Both the position numbers and the translations under genes were made by a program. A stretch of 47,650 bases of DNA from a virus (Duplodnaviria > Heunggongvirae > Uroviricota > Caudoviricetes). Location: IMG/VR virus record IMGVR_UViG_2541047798_000009; one strand, written 5' to 3'. The notes beneath the pieces are model-generated. The model was not told the origin of the DNA and did not search any database. It saw only the letters and a program-made list of their open reading frames with translations. This document shows positions 1-9,719 of this stretch, piece after piece (position 1 is the first letter of the stretch; every line of letters starts with the position of its first letter).

Positions 1-221
1 ACCCGCAAACCACACTTCCCTTTAAAACGCGTAACATACATTGCTTGCGTTTAACTTTCTTTGAACTCTTGCAGAAAAATGAGAATTCGTGAGTACGATC
101 ACTCAAAATCGCCTGGCAAAAATAAAATCACCCTATAGATGCACAAAAAACGGGCAAAACTACCTGGTTCGCAAAACTGCGTCTAAAGTTAAACCGGGAC
201 CTCGCGAGCAAGGGTGAGACG

Positions 222-290
222 ATGGCGCTTTACACAATTGGTGAAGTGGCGTTGCTTTGTGATATTAACCCTGTCACGTTACGCGCGTGA
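222..290 (+). pseudogene. mlrA: 5' fragment of a MerR-family regulator gene (MALYTIGEVALLCDINPVTLRA then TGA), interrupted at the prophage junction
   Basis: ATG at 222 encodes MALYTIGEVALLCDINPVTLRA, a MerR-type HTH N-terminus recalled from memory as matching E. coli MlrA/YehV; the frame hits TGA where Trp is expected and downstream sequence is phage-like. Identity to mlrA is from memory, not a search. Confidence 0.45.
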
Positions 291-404
291 CGCAACATTT
301 TTAAAAATCGACGAAGATCGTCCAGGAGCGCCATTTTTCAAGGGTTGGACAGATGATTCGTTTTCGATGTCGACGAACTTCGACGGATTTCGCCGATAAA
401 AAGT

Positions 405-448
405 GTCCCATACATGCCCCATAGATGCCCCATAGATGCCCCATAGGC
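405..448. repeat. Four tandem copies of an 11-bp unit (GCCCCATAGAT, two perfect, two degenerate)
   Basis: Direct reading: gtcccatacat / gccccatagat / gccccatagat / gccccataggc immediately upstream of the dinI-like promoter; the period is about one helical turn. Confidence 0.8.
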
Positions 449-459
449 AATATTACCAA

Positions 460-512
460 TTGACACTGGTTATCCACACAGCTAAAAATAACACCTGTAC
501 ATAACTACAGTT
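460..512 (+). promoter_or_regulatory. Sigma70-like promoter (TTGACA -35, 17-bp spacer, TAAAAA -10) with overlapping LexA box CTGT-N8-ACAG
   Basis: -35 TTGACA at 460-465; -10 at 483-488; acCTGTacataactACAGtt at 493-512 matches the SOS box pattern CTGT-N8-ACAG with AT-rich spacer; AGGAGG RBS and ATG at 526 follow. Confidence 0.7.
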
Positions 513-525
513 ACAGGAGGGGGTT

Positions 526-774
526 ATGCGTGTTGAGATCTGTATCGCTAAAGAAAAAATCAGCAAAATGCCGAAAGGTTCTGTTCCTGCTCTGCAGCAA
601 GAAATGCTGCGCCGCATAGGTAAGCGATATGACGATGCAGATGTGATCGTTAAATCTGCCAGCAATGATGGACTCACCATTTTAAGAGCCGTCGATAAAG
701 AATCAGCACTGGAGTTCGTACAGGAAACACTACAGGAAGTCTGGCAAACCGCGGACGACTGGTTTATGCAATAA
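526..774 (+). CDS. DinI-like damage-inducible protein (82 aa)
   Basis: Translation [40 protein letters not shown]...WQTADDWF resembles E. coli DinI in length and in the N-terminal MR.E..IAK and C-terminal ADDWF motifs; preceded by a LexA box and strong RBS. Confidence 0.85.
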   Translation: MRVEICIAKEKISKMPKGSVPALQQEMLRRIGKRYDDADVIVKSASNDGLTILRAVDKESALEFVQETLQEVWQTADDWFMQ

Positions 775-865
775 CGGGATCATAATCACTGTAATGACCT
801 GTTTTGTATGACATTCTTAAAAGGCATAACAACGAGCTTGTCGTTTCAAGCGACTTCTTCTGGTT

Positions 866-892
866 GGGGAGCCTGAGTGCTCCCCTTTTTTT
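866..892 (+). terminator. Rho-independent terminator after the dinI-like gene
   Basis: GGGGAGC-ctgagt-GCTCCCC hairpin followed by a run of 7 T. Confidence 0.7.
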
Positions 893-1188
893 CAGCTAAA
901 AATCAGCATACAGCCATACAATCCCGCACAGGCCACCACCGGCACCACAAAATCCATCAGACTGGCCACATTCCACACACGCGGATCAAAACCGCCCCAC
1001 CACGGCATGTTCTGTCTGTGACCATCACCAAAACGCTTAATCCAGCGATATTCTGCCTGGGTATGTTCTCGGGCAATAAAGAACGTACAACCCGCTATCG
1101 CTCCGTAAACCCAGTCACCGGTAATGCACCCGACCAGCCCCTGCACGGCTACTGCACAAATTGCATGAAGTATCGGCGTGATATCCAT
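892..1188 (-). CDS. Hypothetical small membrane protein (98 aa)
   Basis: ORF with hydrophobic segments (ILHAICAVAVQGLVGCITG..., DFVVPVVACAGLYGCMLIF); function not recognised. Confidence 0.45.
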   Translation of the reverse strand: MDITPILHAICAVAVQGLVGCITGDWVYGAIAGCTFFIAREHTQAEYRWIKRFGDGHRQNMPWWGGFDPRVWNVASLMDFVVPVVACAGLYGCMLIFS

Positions 1189-1197
1189 CTGCTCCCC

Positions 1198-1476
1198 TTA
1201 AAACCACTCCCTGAGCGGGCGCTCTGGTGTAACCACCCACTCACGGAACACGGATTCATCAAAGCCATCGTCAAGAAGACGAATATTAACAAAGTACCCT
1301 TCGTCTCGCGTGTATTCAGGCTCCCCGTCAGCAGAAACACCTGACTCACTGAACGTAAAACCAATCTCATCAACCAGAACGGCATTCTGCAGCTCTTCGT
1401 CCTCTTCCCAGTTAAGTTTCCTGAGAAATGCCCTGAAATCTGCTTTATCACTGAAACGCAACGTGAAATCTCTCAC
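1198..1476 (-). CDS. Hypothetical acidic protein (92 aa) immediately downstream of the tail fibre gene
   Basis: ORF whose start overlaps the tail fibre stop by 4 nt (coupled); not similar to lambda Tfa as recalled; could be a fibre chaperone or cargo. Confidence 0.45.
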   Translation of the reverse strand: MRDFTLRFSDKADFRAFLRKLNWEEDEELQNAVLVDEIGFTFSESGVSADGEPEYTRDEGYFVNIRLLDDGFDESVFREWVVTPERPLREWF

Positions 1477-3533
1477 TCCACAACCTCCCCAAGCTGCGCA
1501 TCTGTTAGCTCTTTATGCCAGAGACGAAAATTCCTCACATGCCCAAATAAATGGCGTAATCCTGCTGTAGTTTGTCCACCAATGCGAATGGTTGCTGTAC
1601 TCCGGATATATTCCCATGTGGTTTTTGTTTCGCTGGATATACGCCCGTTACTTACTGCACATGTAGACTGATCTGACTTTACACGCATCCCCATAACCAT
1701 TTTTTTCAACGATGCGTTTTCGTTAACACGCCTATTTGATCCACCAATATCGCAATAAGGAAATCCGTCTGGCCCATCTGCCGAAGATCCGAAGCCAAGA
1801 ATAATAGCCGCTCCGGTTTGATGACCGCCGGTATCAAAAACACGTGGCGCTGCATTTGGCGTTTTATACCAGTTCTTATGTACCTCACAAAGAACCGTAA
1901 AAGGAAGATTATAAAGATTATTCTTAATCGGAACTGTAACCATATCGCTTGCGCGCGTCGCCGCCGTCGTTCCTGATATAATAAAAGATGATACACACGA
2001 ACCATCCTCAACCTGAGGGGTGGCCAGATAAATATAGTCACCAGATTCAACGACACCACCTTTTTTTGGTGCGTATTGTATTGCAGAGGTTATGTAAGTT
2101 TCTTTACTTGCTTGAATCGTTGCCTCTACAAAAATCCAGCCCGTAGCTTCATCTTTGTTAACTCGTGCGGTGAGCCTGTCGGCAGCTACACCGGTGATTT
2201 CAACCAATAAAGACCGCGTATTAACAATGGTATATCCAAGATTAGATGAAGCGCTGCCATCGAAGGCTTCAAACCTGATCCTTAACAGGAGTTCCAAATC
2301 CGTTTTAAATCTGCACGATGTCGTCACACACTTATTATCGCCTGATACATCGACAGCCCCCGAGGTTGAAACTACTGCCATATTAAGGGTTGTACTTTGC
2401 CCAATTAATGATTCATTACAAACAAACTTTCCATAAGTAAAACCAAAACTATCAGTTCCAACCTCAGCGACATTCATATTTGCAGATTTACCCCAAGAAG
2501 CTGGAGTTGCTGAATTCAACATGTAGTTGGTTCGCTGACCTTCAATCAATAAACCTTCTTTTTCAAATCGTGGCTCATTAATTTCCGCCGTTTTCAGTTC
2601 GCCAGATTTGTTGATATATGTTGCCGTTGATGCGCGACTGAAATTAACCTGTTTATCACTGGCAACCTGAACCACATTATCACCAATCTTCACTTTTTTA
2701 TAACCCGGAGAATAGCCCGTAATCATATCCAGCGAATCATTAAAGGGTATCCACACATCCGGCAGCGGCTGTAAAACATATCTGTACGGCTCTGCTGTCT
2801 GGTTTGCGTATTCTCTGGCAGCATCTTCACTTGCTTTTGCTGCCGTCTGGCTTGCTGCCGATGCTTTCGCCGAGTTCGCCGCCGCTGTTTCGCTCACCTT
2901 TGCGTTGGCTTCACTGTCTTTGGCATTCGTCTCACTGGTTTTCGCTGCCGTCTGGCTGGATTTTGCGTTTTTTTCGCTGGCCTTTGTGGCTGTCTCGCTA
3001 TTTTTCGCGCTGGTTTCTGATTTTTTGGCTGCTGTCGCGGAGTTTGCCGATGCAGTCTGCGAGGCCGCTGCCGCCTGTGCGCTGTTAGCTGCATTCGTTT
3101 CTGAGGTTTTCGCCGCATTCTTCGATGAGGCTGCTGCCGTTTCGGATTTCTTTGCCGCCGCTGCACTCTGTGATGACGCTCCGGCATGACGTGCCACTTC
3201 ATTCACCATCAGCTCAAAACGGCGCAGTGCCTCCGGACGAACATCATCCTCCGTCATGGCGCCGAGAAAATCATTCAGCGTACCTGGTCTGGAACCTTCA
3301 TAGACGGTAATGGTCCCGGCATGTGAAGGCGGAAAATCTTCAACCAGCAGGGTGACGCTGTACTGGCCATACTCAACATCCATGCTGTAACGCCCGGCTT
3401 CATCCGGATTTTCAGAGGCCACCGTGTTCACCACCACCGTGCTGCTGGTCCGTCTGGCCTTCAGCACAATGGTGCAGTTCTGTACTGGTTTTCCTGTGCC
3501 ATCTTTAAGCACGCCAGAAATTTTTACTGTCAT
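1473..3533 (-). CDS. stf: Side tail fibre protein (686 aa) with Ala/Ser/Thr-rich repeat tract and C-terminal LamG-like lectin domain
   Basis: N-terminus MTVKISGVLKDGTGKPVQNCTIVLKARRTSS... resembles the lambda Stf N-terminal domain; long SETAAASSKNAAKTSETNA... repeats; C-terminal ...LRHLFGHVRNFRLWHKELTDAQLGEV typical of a LamG jelly-roll. Confidence 0.85.
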   Translation of the reverse strand: MTVKISGVLKDGTGKPVQNCTIVLKARRTSSTVVVNTVASENPDEAGRYSMDVEYGQYSVTLLVEDFPPSHAGTITVYEGSRPGTLNDFLGAMTEDDVRPEALRRFELMVNEVARHAGASSQSAAAAKKSETAAASSKNAAKTSETNAANSAQAAAASQTASANSATAAKKSETSAKNSETATKASEKNAKSSQTAAKTSETNAKDSEANAKVSETAAANSAKASAASQTAAKASEDAAREYANQTAEPYRYVLQPLPDVWIPFNDSLDMITGYSPGYKKVKIGDNVVQVASDKQVNFSRASTATYINKSGELKTAEINEPRFEKEGLLIEGQRTNYMLNSATPASWGKSANMNVAEVGTDSFGFTYGKFVCNESLIGQSTTLNMAVVSTSGAVDVSGDNKCVTTSCRFKTDLELLLRIRFEAFDGSASSNLGYTIVNTRSLLVEITGVAADRLTARVNKDEATGWIFVEATIQASKETYITSAIQYAPKKGGVVESGDYIYLATPQVEDGSCVSSFIISGTTAATRASDMVTVPIKNNLYNLPFTVLCEVHKNWYKTPNAAPRVFDTGGHQTGAAIILGFGSSADGPDGFPYCDIGGSNRRVNENASLKKMVMGMRVKSDQSTCAVSNGRISSETKTTWEYIRSTATIRIGGQTTAGLRHLFGHVRNFRLWHKELTDAQLGEVVE

Positions 3534-3545
3534 ACTTTTCCACCA

Positions 3546-3578
3546 ATAAAAAAAGCCCGCAGCAGTGACGCCACGGGC
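3546..3578 (-). terminator. Hairpin plus T-run between lom and stf (minus strand)
   Basis: GCCCG...CGGGC stem followed by TTTTTTTATT on the minus strand, in the 150-bp gap downstream of lom. Confidence 0.4.
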
Positions 3579-3684
3579 TTCAGGACAGTGTAACTTTACG
3601 TTTCCTCAAACGCAGTTCACCCCATAAGGCGGATGAACCTGCGTATCATAACAATATTTACAGAAGATAAATCGGCGTCTGTTG

Positions 3685-4284
3685 TCAGAAACGGTATCCG
3701 ATACCAACAATAAATGCATCCGTTCGCCAGTCGCCACTACCGGAACCTTCATAAGCAATATCAATGGTCACGGATTCGGTCGGGTTAAACTGCACGCCAG
3801 CCCCCCACGCCAGAGAGGTATTGCTGTGGCGACCGTCATCACTTCCGGTCAGCACGTCGTGCGTTTTCCCCTTGTTGTCAGTTACGCGGAGATAATCCCC
3901 GGAGAACGTCGACACACGGCTGTAAGCCACACCCACCATCGCATACGCGCTGAACCATTCATTCACGCGTACAGACGGCCCCGCCATTACGCTGAACCAG
4001 CGGTTACGCACGGAATCTTCATGCCAGCGGGTATCGCTGTAATGCGTTTTTTGTTCATCTTCTGCGTCGGCATAACTGAAAGACGTAATCAGCCCCAGCG
4101 TGTCCGTAAACTCATAACGGTATTTCACGTTAATCCCGTTCAGATTATCGCTGCCGGGAGCGTTCGTACGGGCATGAAGATACCCCGCGCTCAGTGTGGA
4201 CTGATGTTCAGACGCCCATGCAGGCGCACCGGATACGGACAGACAGATGGCTGCGGACAAAATGGCTGCACATAATTTACGCAT
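3685..4284 (-). CDS. lom: Lom outer-membrane protein (Ail/OmpX family, 199 aa)
   Basis: Signal peptide MRKLCAAILSAAICLSVSGAPAWA, beta-barrel pattern ending ...GIGYRF; sits between J and stf exactly as in lambda. Confidence 0.9.
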   Translation of the reverse strand: MRKLCAAILSAAICLSVSGAPAWASEHQSTLSAGYLHARTNAPGSDNLNGINVKYRYEFTDTLGLITSFSYADAEDEQKTHYSDTRWHEDSVRNRWFSVMAGPSVRVNEWFSAYAMVGVAYSRVSTFSGDYLRVTDNKGKTHDVLTGSDDGRHSNTSLAWGAGVQFNPTESVTIDIAYEGSGSGDWRTDAFIVGIGYRF

Positions 4285-4351
4285 AATTACCTCTCGCTTT
4301 TCTGCAATAAAAAAGGCGCCATTTCTGGCGCCCGTATATGGGTTATAAAAT

Positions 4352-7300
4352 TCAGCTAATCGTGATGCCTGCAGTGGCTTTCTTCATCACAACAACCAGC
4401 AAATCGCTGATACTTGCTGTGGGATACCAGCCATTTACCCACCATGCTGATACAGAAAACTCCAGCGTCATGTCGCCGCGACCAGCAGGCATATCAATAA
4501 CACCACTGTAAACCAGCGTATTATCCATCGCGGTACGGTTATAAATTTCAGCACCGTTTTTCTTCACTATCAGGCGGCATGACGAATAAGTATCGCTGTT
4601 CTCCCGCTCATGTCTGGCACCGCTGAAAGCCACCGCCGGAATAACAATCTGCCGGTTAAACGGCTGATCGTCATAAACCCTGACGGTAATGGTTCCTGAT
4701 GGCCAACGCTTCGGTGCACGGGAGTCACGAGGGAAAGCCTTACCCACTGTTTTAACGAGATCGCCTTCAATCTGGTTTGCAGACAGTTTCCCTCTGATGA
4801 CACAGTTCTCGTTAATGGTGACATTATTGAGCGTGCCGGTATTCGCCGTGATGGCTCCACTGATATCCGCATTGCGGGCTGCCAGCCTGCCATCCGGCGT
4901 CAGGGAAAACGTAGGAGGATTGCCGGATGACGTGATGCTCACCGCAAACAGTCGCTTCAGGAACACGTCGTTCATGAACAGCTGATTCCCCTGCGCCACA
5001 AACAGCGGCGTGGTGTTGCCGTTCTCCGGGGTAATCATCGCAATGCGATCGGCCTGCAGCAGAATGTTACTCAGGGTCTGACCATCAACATCCTCAATCC
5101 CCGCGCCAATCCCGGCCACATAGGGAATACCGTTTTTTGTTTTCTGCACCTTCAGCATATACATGGCATTCAGCTCATTGCGCGTGTCTGACTGAACCCG
5201 CTGGATTTGCTGTATGGTCACGGCCTGGTCACCCAGCTTTTTATCCGTGGTCGAGGTAATTTCACTCCCTTTTTTATCCACGTACTGGCGGACCTGTGCT
5301 ATCTGTCGGGCGTTTTCTGACTGCCCCTGGCTGACAGTCTGTGAGATTTCACTGCTCACCCGGTCCACTTTCTGGCTCACCTGCGCGATGGCCAGTGTCT
5401 GATCCTCATTCTTTTTCGCAACCAGCTGCGTGAGGCTGTTTTCCGCCTTCCCGATTTTCCGGGTCACTTCTGCGATATCCGTGTCCATCCGCTGACGGAT
5501 ATCTTCTTCCAGTTGCGTGACCTCCGTACGCAGCGCTGAAGCATCAATGCGCTCTTTCAGTGCCTGGCCCAGAAGCGTCTCATCTATCAGCCCCCGGAAA
5601 ATTTCCAGATACCCTTCACCATCATTGCTGGGCTGCCCGCTGGCTTCCACAAAAGCAGATTTTCCCACCAGGTTGACGCTTCGCACGTAAAACCAGAAAT
5701 CCGTCCCCGGCTTAATCCGGCTCCCCTGGACAGTCCACTGACTGCCGGTCCCCAGATAACGGGCAGATTTTTCCACCTGTGCTGTGTTCGTGATGCGTTT
5801 TTCTGAGAACCAGAATTCAAACTGTACCGTCGGGTCATACACCGCAAGACGCGGGACCGCCGTTATCTGAAAATACCCCGGCGTCAGCTCAATGGTGGCG
5901 GGTTTTGCAGGTGCGTTAATCCGGAAGGTGGTGGTGGCAGGTTCACCCTGCTGGCCATAGCTGTTTATCGCCCGCACCGTCAGGGTGTATTCCCCGAGCG
6001 GCAGGCCGCTGAAACGGTGCTCCGTGTCTGCGGTGATGGCAGTGGTCACCAGTCTGGCATCCGTTCCCTTACCACTGGTCAGGCGCAGACTGAAGCGCAC
6101 GCCCTTCACCACCCGCGGCGTGTCCCATTTCGCCTGCGCCAGATACTGGCCATCAGCTGCGCTCACCTCCACCGTCAGGTGCTGCACTGCCGGTGGGATA
6201 ACGCTGTTCAGGGTGCCTGACTGCGGCTCAAAGCGGGCACCGTTATCCACGATGGCTTCTTTTTCCGGTACGTGCTGCACCGCCGTGATGGCAAAGGTGC
6301 CGTCCGTGTTTTCCCGGATGGAGACACAGCGGAACAGGCGACGGCGCAGTGACGGCAGGGAGAGTCCCCACACCCCGTATGTCTCCACACCATCAGGCAG
6401 GGTACTGACCTGTATCCGGTCCGGCGCGGGGTGTGCGGTGATGTCCACACTCACCGGCTTACCGCTGCCGTTAATCAGGTTCACCGCTGATGTACCTGTC
6501 TCCGGCAGGGTAACCTCACGGTCCAGCGTCAGGGTGCGGGTGGCAGCATCAATGGACAGGACACGTCCGCCGGTCAGGGTCCCGGCATAGTCATTATCAC
6601 AGATTTCAATAATGTCACCGGGTGTGTGACGCAGCCCCTGTGACCCGAGCGTGAAATCCACCGTCTGCGTTTCCAGCAGTTCGGTCTTTATCACCCACAG
6701 CCCGGCACGGTGGGCCTGACCGCGGCTGGTACAGCCGAACGCGTCCATCTTCAGCAGGTTGCGTCCGTAGCGCAGTATGGCTTCCGGGTCTTCCACCAGT
6801 TCCGTGGAGGTCTGCCAGCCGTTCTGCGGGTCGGTGTAATTCACCTCCACCGCCGTGTGCCGGTCCTTCAGGGCACTGAAGCTGTAGCGGAAACCCACGC
6901 CGTTATCATCCACCACCACATCGCTGCTGGTGTACGGCCACACCACATCCGACGGGCGGTCCTGAACAAACGTCAGCGTCTGACCGTTCCATACCGGCAT
7001 ACAGCGCATCGCAGAGCAGAAATCACTGAGAACGTCCCACGCCTTACGCTGTTGTGCCAGGTACGCATTAAAGGTCATCCGCGGCTCGGTCCCCCCGAAA
7101 CCATCCGGGACCGTCTGGTCGCAGTACTGCCCGATGGCATACAGCGCCCACTTGTCCACATCCGCCACCCCCAGACGTTTTCCCATGCCGTAGCGCGGGT
7201 GAGTCAGCATGTCCCACAGGCACCAGGCCGGGTTGTTGCTGTATGCCGGTTTCAGACTGCCGTCCCAGATACCACTGTACGTGCGTTTTTCCGGGTCATA

Positions 7301-8044
7301 GTTTGACGGCACCTGGATGATGCGACCGCGGATATGGTAGTTCACCGTCATCTGCTGGCCGCCGAACTGCTCCGCATCCACCTGCAGCCCCACAATGGCC
7401 GTGTTCGGGTAGCACTGTTTCACATCGATGATTTCGGTGTATGACGACCACAGCGTCTTATTCTGCAGCTGGTCCGTGGTGTTGTCCGCCGTCTCCCTGA
7501 CCATCCGGATGTTAAAGGGCCGGGGAGGCAGATTATCCAGAATCACCGAGGCCAGGAACTGCGAGGTGGTCTTGCCGTTAATGGTGACATCCTTTTCCGT
7601 CACCCAGCGACCATTACGCTGTAACTGAATCAGAATCCGGACAGAGGAAGGATTACGGTCGCCCTTTGACGTGGTCTGCACCAGTGACTGCACCCCGAAG
7701 GTAACCCGCAGGCGGTCAATGTTCGCGGACGTAATGGTGCGCGTCACCGGTTTTGCCTTCGTCACTTCCACGCCCAGTCCGGTTTCAGCTCCGGAGGACT
7801 CAAAGCCTTCCGGTGGTGTCTGCTCCTGCTCCCCGGCGCGCCAGACCGCGGTCACACCGTGTATCACGGGATTACCGTCCGTGTCCGTCAGCGGGGTTTT
7901 GTTCACCAGGATACTCTGCAGTCCCTTCACCGGACCTTCTATCGGTCCCTCACCAATCGCATCAATCACACTCATCATCTGCGTGGATTTGAGATTATCC
8001 TTCGCCTCGCGAGGCGTGTGTGCCTTACCGCCACCTTTTCCCAT
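4352..8044 (-). CDS. J: Tail tip / host specificity protein J (1230 aa)
   Basis: Starts [39 protein letters not shown]..., near-identical in pattern to the lambda J N-terminus; size and position after I. Confidence 0.93.
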   Translation of the reverse strand: MGKGGGKAHTPREAKDNLKSTQMMSVIDAIGEGPIEGPVKGLQSILVNKTPLTDTDGNPVIHGVTAVWRAGEQEQTPPEGFESSGAETGLGVEVTKAKPVTRTITSANIDRLRVTFGVQSLVQTTSKGDRNPSSVRILIQLQRNGRWVTEKDVTINGKTTSQFLASVILDNLPPRPFNIRMVRETADNTTDQLQNKTLWSSYTEIIDVKQCYPNTAIVGLQVDAEQFGGQQMTVNYHIRGRIIQVPSNYDPEKRTYSGIWDGSLKPAYSNNPAWCLWDMLTHPRYGMGKRLGVADVDKWALYAIGQYCDQTVPDGFGGTEPRMTFNAYLAQQRKAWDVLSDFCSAMRCMPVWNGQTLTFVQDRPSDVVWPYTSSDVVVDDNGVGFRYSFSALKDRHTAVEVNYTDPQNGWQTSTELVEDPEAILRYGRNLLKMDAFGCTSRGQAHRAGLWVIKTELLETQTVDFTLGSQGLRHTPGDIIEICDNDYAGTLTGGRVLSIDAATRTLTLDREVTLPETGTSAVNLINGSGKPVSVDITAHPAPDRIQVSTLPDGVETYGVWGLSLPSLRRRLFRCVSIRENTDGTFAITAVQHVPEKEAIVDNGARFEPQSGTLNSVIPPAVQHLTVEVSAADGQYLAQAKWDTPRVVKGVRFSLRLTSGKGTDARLVTTAITADTEHRFSGLPLGEYTLTVRAINSYGQQGEPATTTFRINAPAKPATIELTPGYFQITAVPRLAVYDPTVQFEFWFSEKRITNTAQVEKSARYLGTGSQWTVQGSRIKPGTDFWFYVRSVNLVGKSAFVEASGQPSNDGEGYLEIFRGLIDETLLGQALKERIDASALRTEVTQLEEDIRQRMDTDIAEVTRKIGKAENSLTQLVAKKNEDQTLAIAQVSQKVDRVSSEISQTVSQGQSENARQIAQVRQYVDKKGSEITSTTDKKLGDQAVTIQQIQRVQSDTRNELNAMYMLKVQKTKNGIPYVAGIGAGIEDVDGQTLSNILLQADRIAMITPENGNTTPLFVAQGNQLFMNDVFLKRLFAVSITSSGNPPTFSLTPDGRLAARNADISGAITANTGTLNNVTINENCVIRGKLSANQIEGDLVKTVGKAFPRDSRAPKRWPSGTITVRVYDDQPFNRQIVIPAVAFSGARHERENSDTYSSCRLIVKKNGAEIYNRTAMDNTLVYSGVIDMPAGRGDMTLEFSVSAWWVNGWYPTASISDLLVVVMKKATAGITIS

Positions 8045-8150
8045 ACAGCCTTCCCCTGAATAAATTAACCGCCACTTGCCATTCCGTACAGAAGTCGGAT
8101 ATCCTTCGCCCGAAAAGCATGAAACACATTTCTGCCATGCTAAAGAGAAA

Positions 8151-8183
8151 CCCCGGTATCAGCAGATACCGGGGTTTTCTTTC
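8151..8183. terminator. Strong hairpin (10-bp stem CCCCGGTATC/GATACCGGGG) with flanking T-rich runs in the I-J intergenic insert
   Basis: Perfect 10-bp stem with 4-nt loop followed by TTTTCTTTC on plus strand and TTTCTCTTT on minus strand; possibly bidirectional. Confidence 0.6.
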
Positions 8184-8249
8184 ATGCCCACCGATAATCC
8201 TGTTGGTTAAAACCGGTAATGGCATAAAAATTCTGAATATCTTCACATT

Positions 8250-8277
8250 TTCACAAACTGACTGTGGCGCGTATAAT
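8250..8277 (+). promoter_or_regulatory. Sigma70-like promoter (TTCACA -35, 16-bp spacer, TATAAT -10) in the I-J intergenic region
   Basis: Read directly: ttcaca-N16-tataat, oriented antisense to the tail operon. Confidence 0.55.
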
Positions 8278-8283
8278 TTCTCT

Positions 8284-8380
8284 GCGTTAATTTTTTTGTC
8301 GTGATATAAGAATAATTCCTTACACTTAATCTTCGTAACTCTCCCGCAGTTCCTGTCCGCGATCACTGCGGGATTTTTTT
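8284..8380 (+). ncRNA. Candidate ~95-nt small RNA (promoter-to-terminator unit with no ORF)
   Basis: Predicted start about 7 nt after the TATAAT; ends in CCCGCAGT...ACTGCGGG hairpin plus 7 T (8343-8380); no ATG-initiated ORF inside. Confidence 0.4.
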
Positions 8381-8387
8381 ATTCTTT

Positions 8388-9068
8388 TTACCCCTGCCGC
8401 CCGATAACCACGACCTTTCCGCCCCCGCCTTCATCACGGGTGCTGATGTCCTGGGATATACGGCGGGAGCCAACCAGCATTTCCCCGTAAGGCACCGGCA
8501 TCGGGTTCCCCTGGGCAATCATGTTATCCAGCGAGGAAAAGTACGTGTTCTGTCTGCCGTTATCCGTTGCGCGGTAATCCGGTGTTTTTGCCTTCGGGGC
8601 CAGCATCTGGGCCACACCGCCCAGTATCATGCTGGCACCCAGTGAAAACAGCATCGTGGTGGCAGAAAAACCGCCGGCACTCAGGGCTGTACCCCATAAC
8701 GCCATCGAGGCACCGGCAGTGAAGAAAGAGCCCACGATGGCTGCCGCCCCCAGCACAATCTGCAGTCCACCCTTTCCGGCCCCGGCCAGTCGCGGCACAA
8801 TGTGGATGACCGTTCCCTCACCCAGCTGTTCGTGAAGACGGGCATACACCGCCTCCGGTGCCGTGTCATCACCGGCAATACGTATCTGGTACCAGCCTTC
8901 GTTCATCTGACGGCGAAAGCCCGGCATCTGCATCGACAGGGCGCGAATGGCTTCCGCTGCCGTGTTCACATACAGGCTGAGGCGGCGGCCAAATCGTTGT
9001 AAATCCCCGTAAAGGCGGATGCGTGCCAGTGGCGGTGACGCCAGACTGAATGCGTTCGTCGTTGCCAT
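8388..9068 (-). CDS. I: Tail assembly protein I (226 aa)
   Basis: MATTNAFSLASPPLARIRLYGDLQRFGRRL... matches the lambda I pattern including the Gly/Ala-rich hydrophobic middle. Confidence 0.9.
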   Translation of the reverse strand: MATTNAFSLASPPLARIRLYGDLQRFGRRLSLYVNTAAEAIRALSMQMPGFRRQMNEGWYQIRIAGDDTAPEAVYARLHEQLGEGTVIHIVPRLAGAGKGGLQIVLGAAAIVGSFFTAGASMALWGTALSAGGFSATTMLFSLGASMILGGVAQMLAPKAKTPDYRATDNGRQNTYFSSLDNMIAQGNPMPVPYGEMLVGSRRISQDISTRDEGGGGKVVVIGRQG

Positions 9069-9709
9069 TTTTCGGAATACCTCTCCCGTTTACTCAGTTG
9101 TTCAGGAATATGGTGCAGCAGCTCGCCGTCACCACAGTAAACGGCGGCATGATTCGGCACCGATGAACCAAAGCAGCACAGCAGCACATCGCCTGCCTGT
9201 GCAGAGGACGGAGACACCCGGCAAAAGCCGTTTTCCGCCAGGTTGTCCAGGTACAGGTTCTGGCCGTTGCGCCACCAGTCATCCTCGCGATGAAAATCCG
9301 GCATTTCAGTCCCCGCCAGATGATAAGCATCCCGGAACAGCGTGTAACAGTCCGTCACCCCGTGCTCAAAGCGCCGTCCCGTCAGATGTGGCACACAGCG
9401 GAATTTGTGAATGTCACCCCGGCAGACCAGCCACCAGGGCAGTGCGCTTTTTATCTGCAGCCGCCGGTCAGCCTCGCTCAGCCAGGGCAGCCCACCGGGA
9501 TGACTGTGGACCAGTGCCACAATCTCCCCCTGCATCTCTGCCCGCAGCCAGTCTTCCGGTGCGATACGAAAATACGCCTCCGGCTCTGCGGAAATATTCA
9601 CACAAGGGATATACCACTCCCCCTCCGGCGTGCTTATCACGAAGCCGCACGACTCCGCAGGCGCACACCGCCGGGCATGCGCCAGAATCGCTGATTCAGT
9701 CTGTGTCAT
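8966..9709 (-). CDS. K: Tail tip assembly protein K (MPN/JAB plus NlpC/P60-like, 247 aa)
   Basis: Internal start MTQTESAILAHARRCAPAESCGFV... then HSHPGG and the C/H cysteine-peptidase region; the ORF-track start 9970 is an upstream extension; overlaps I by about 100 nt. Confidence 0.85.
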   Translation of the reverse strand: MTQTESAILAHARRCAPAESCGFVISTPEGEWYIPCVNISAEPEAYFRIAPEDWLRAEMQGEIVALVHSHPGGLPWLSEADRRLQIKSALPWWLVCRGDIHKFRCVPHLTGRRFEHGVTDCYTLFRDAYHLAGTEMPDFHREDDWWRNGQNLYLDNLAENGFCRVSPSSAQAGDVLLCCFGSSVPNHAAVYCGDGELLHHIPEQLSKRERYSEKWQRRTHSVWRHRHWHASAFTGIYNDLAAASACM

Positions 9710-9719
9710 AAACCGGGAT

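Noticed and set aside
214-399. 61-aa ORF spanning the chromosome-prophage junction
   Set aside because: It is in a different frame from the MerR-type start at 222 and reads across the putative integration junction; most likely not a gene.
2804-3202. Several ORFs (94-102 aa) antisense to, or frame-shifted within, the tail fibre repeat tract
   Set aside because: They are products of the low-complexity Ala/Ser/Thr-rich repeat DNA (Arg/Pro/Gln-rich or Ala/Phe-rich translations) and lie wholly inside the fibre gene.
4570-7306. Multiple long ORFs on both strands inside J (for example 5985-6590, 6710-7306)
   Set aside because: All are nested within the 1230-aa J gene, which has unmistakable lambda J homology.
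8020-8304. 94-aa plus-strand ORF in the I-J intergenic region
   Set aside because: It reads straight through the strong terminator hairpin and the promoter; the region is better explained as regulatory/sRNA DNA.
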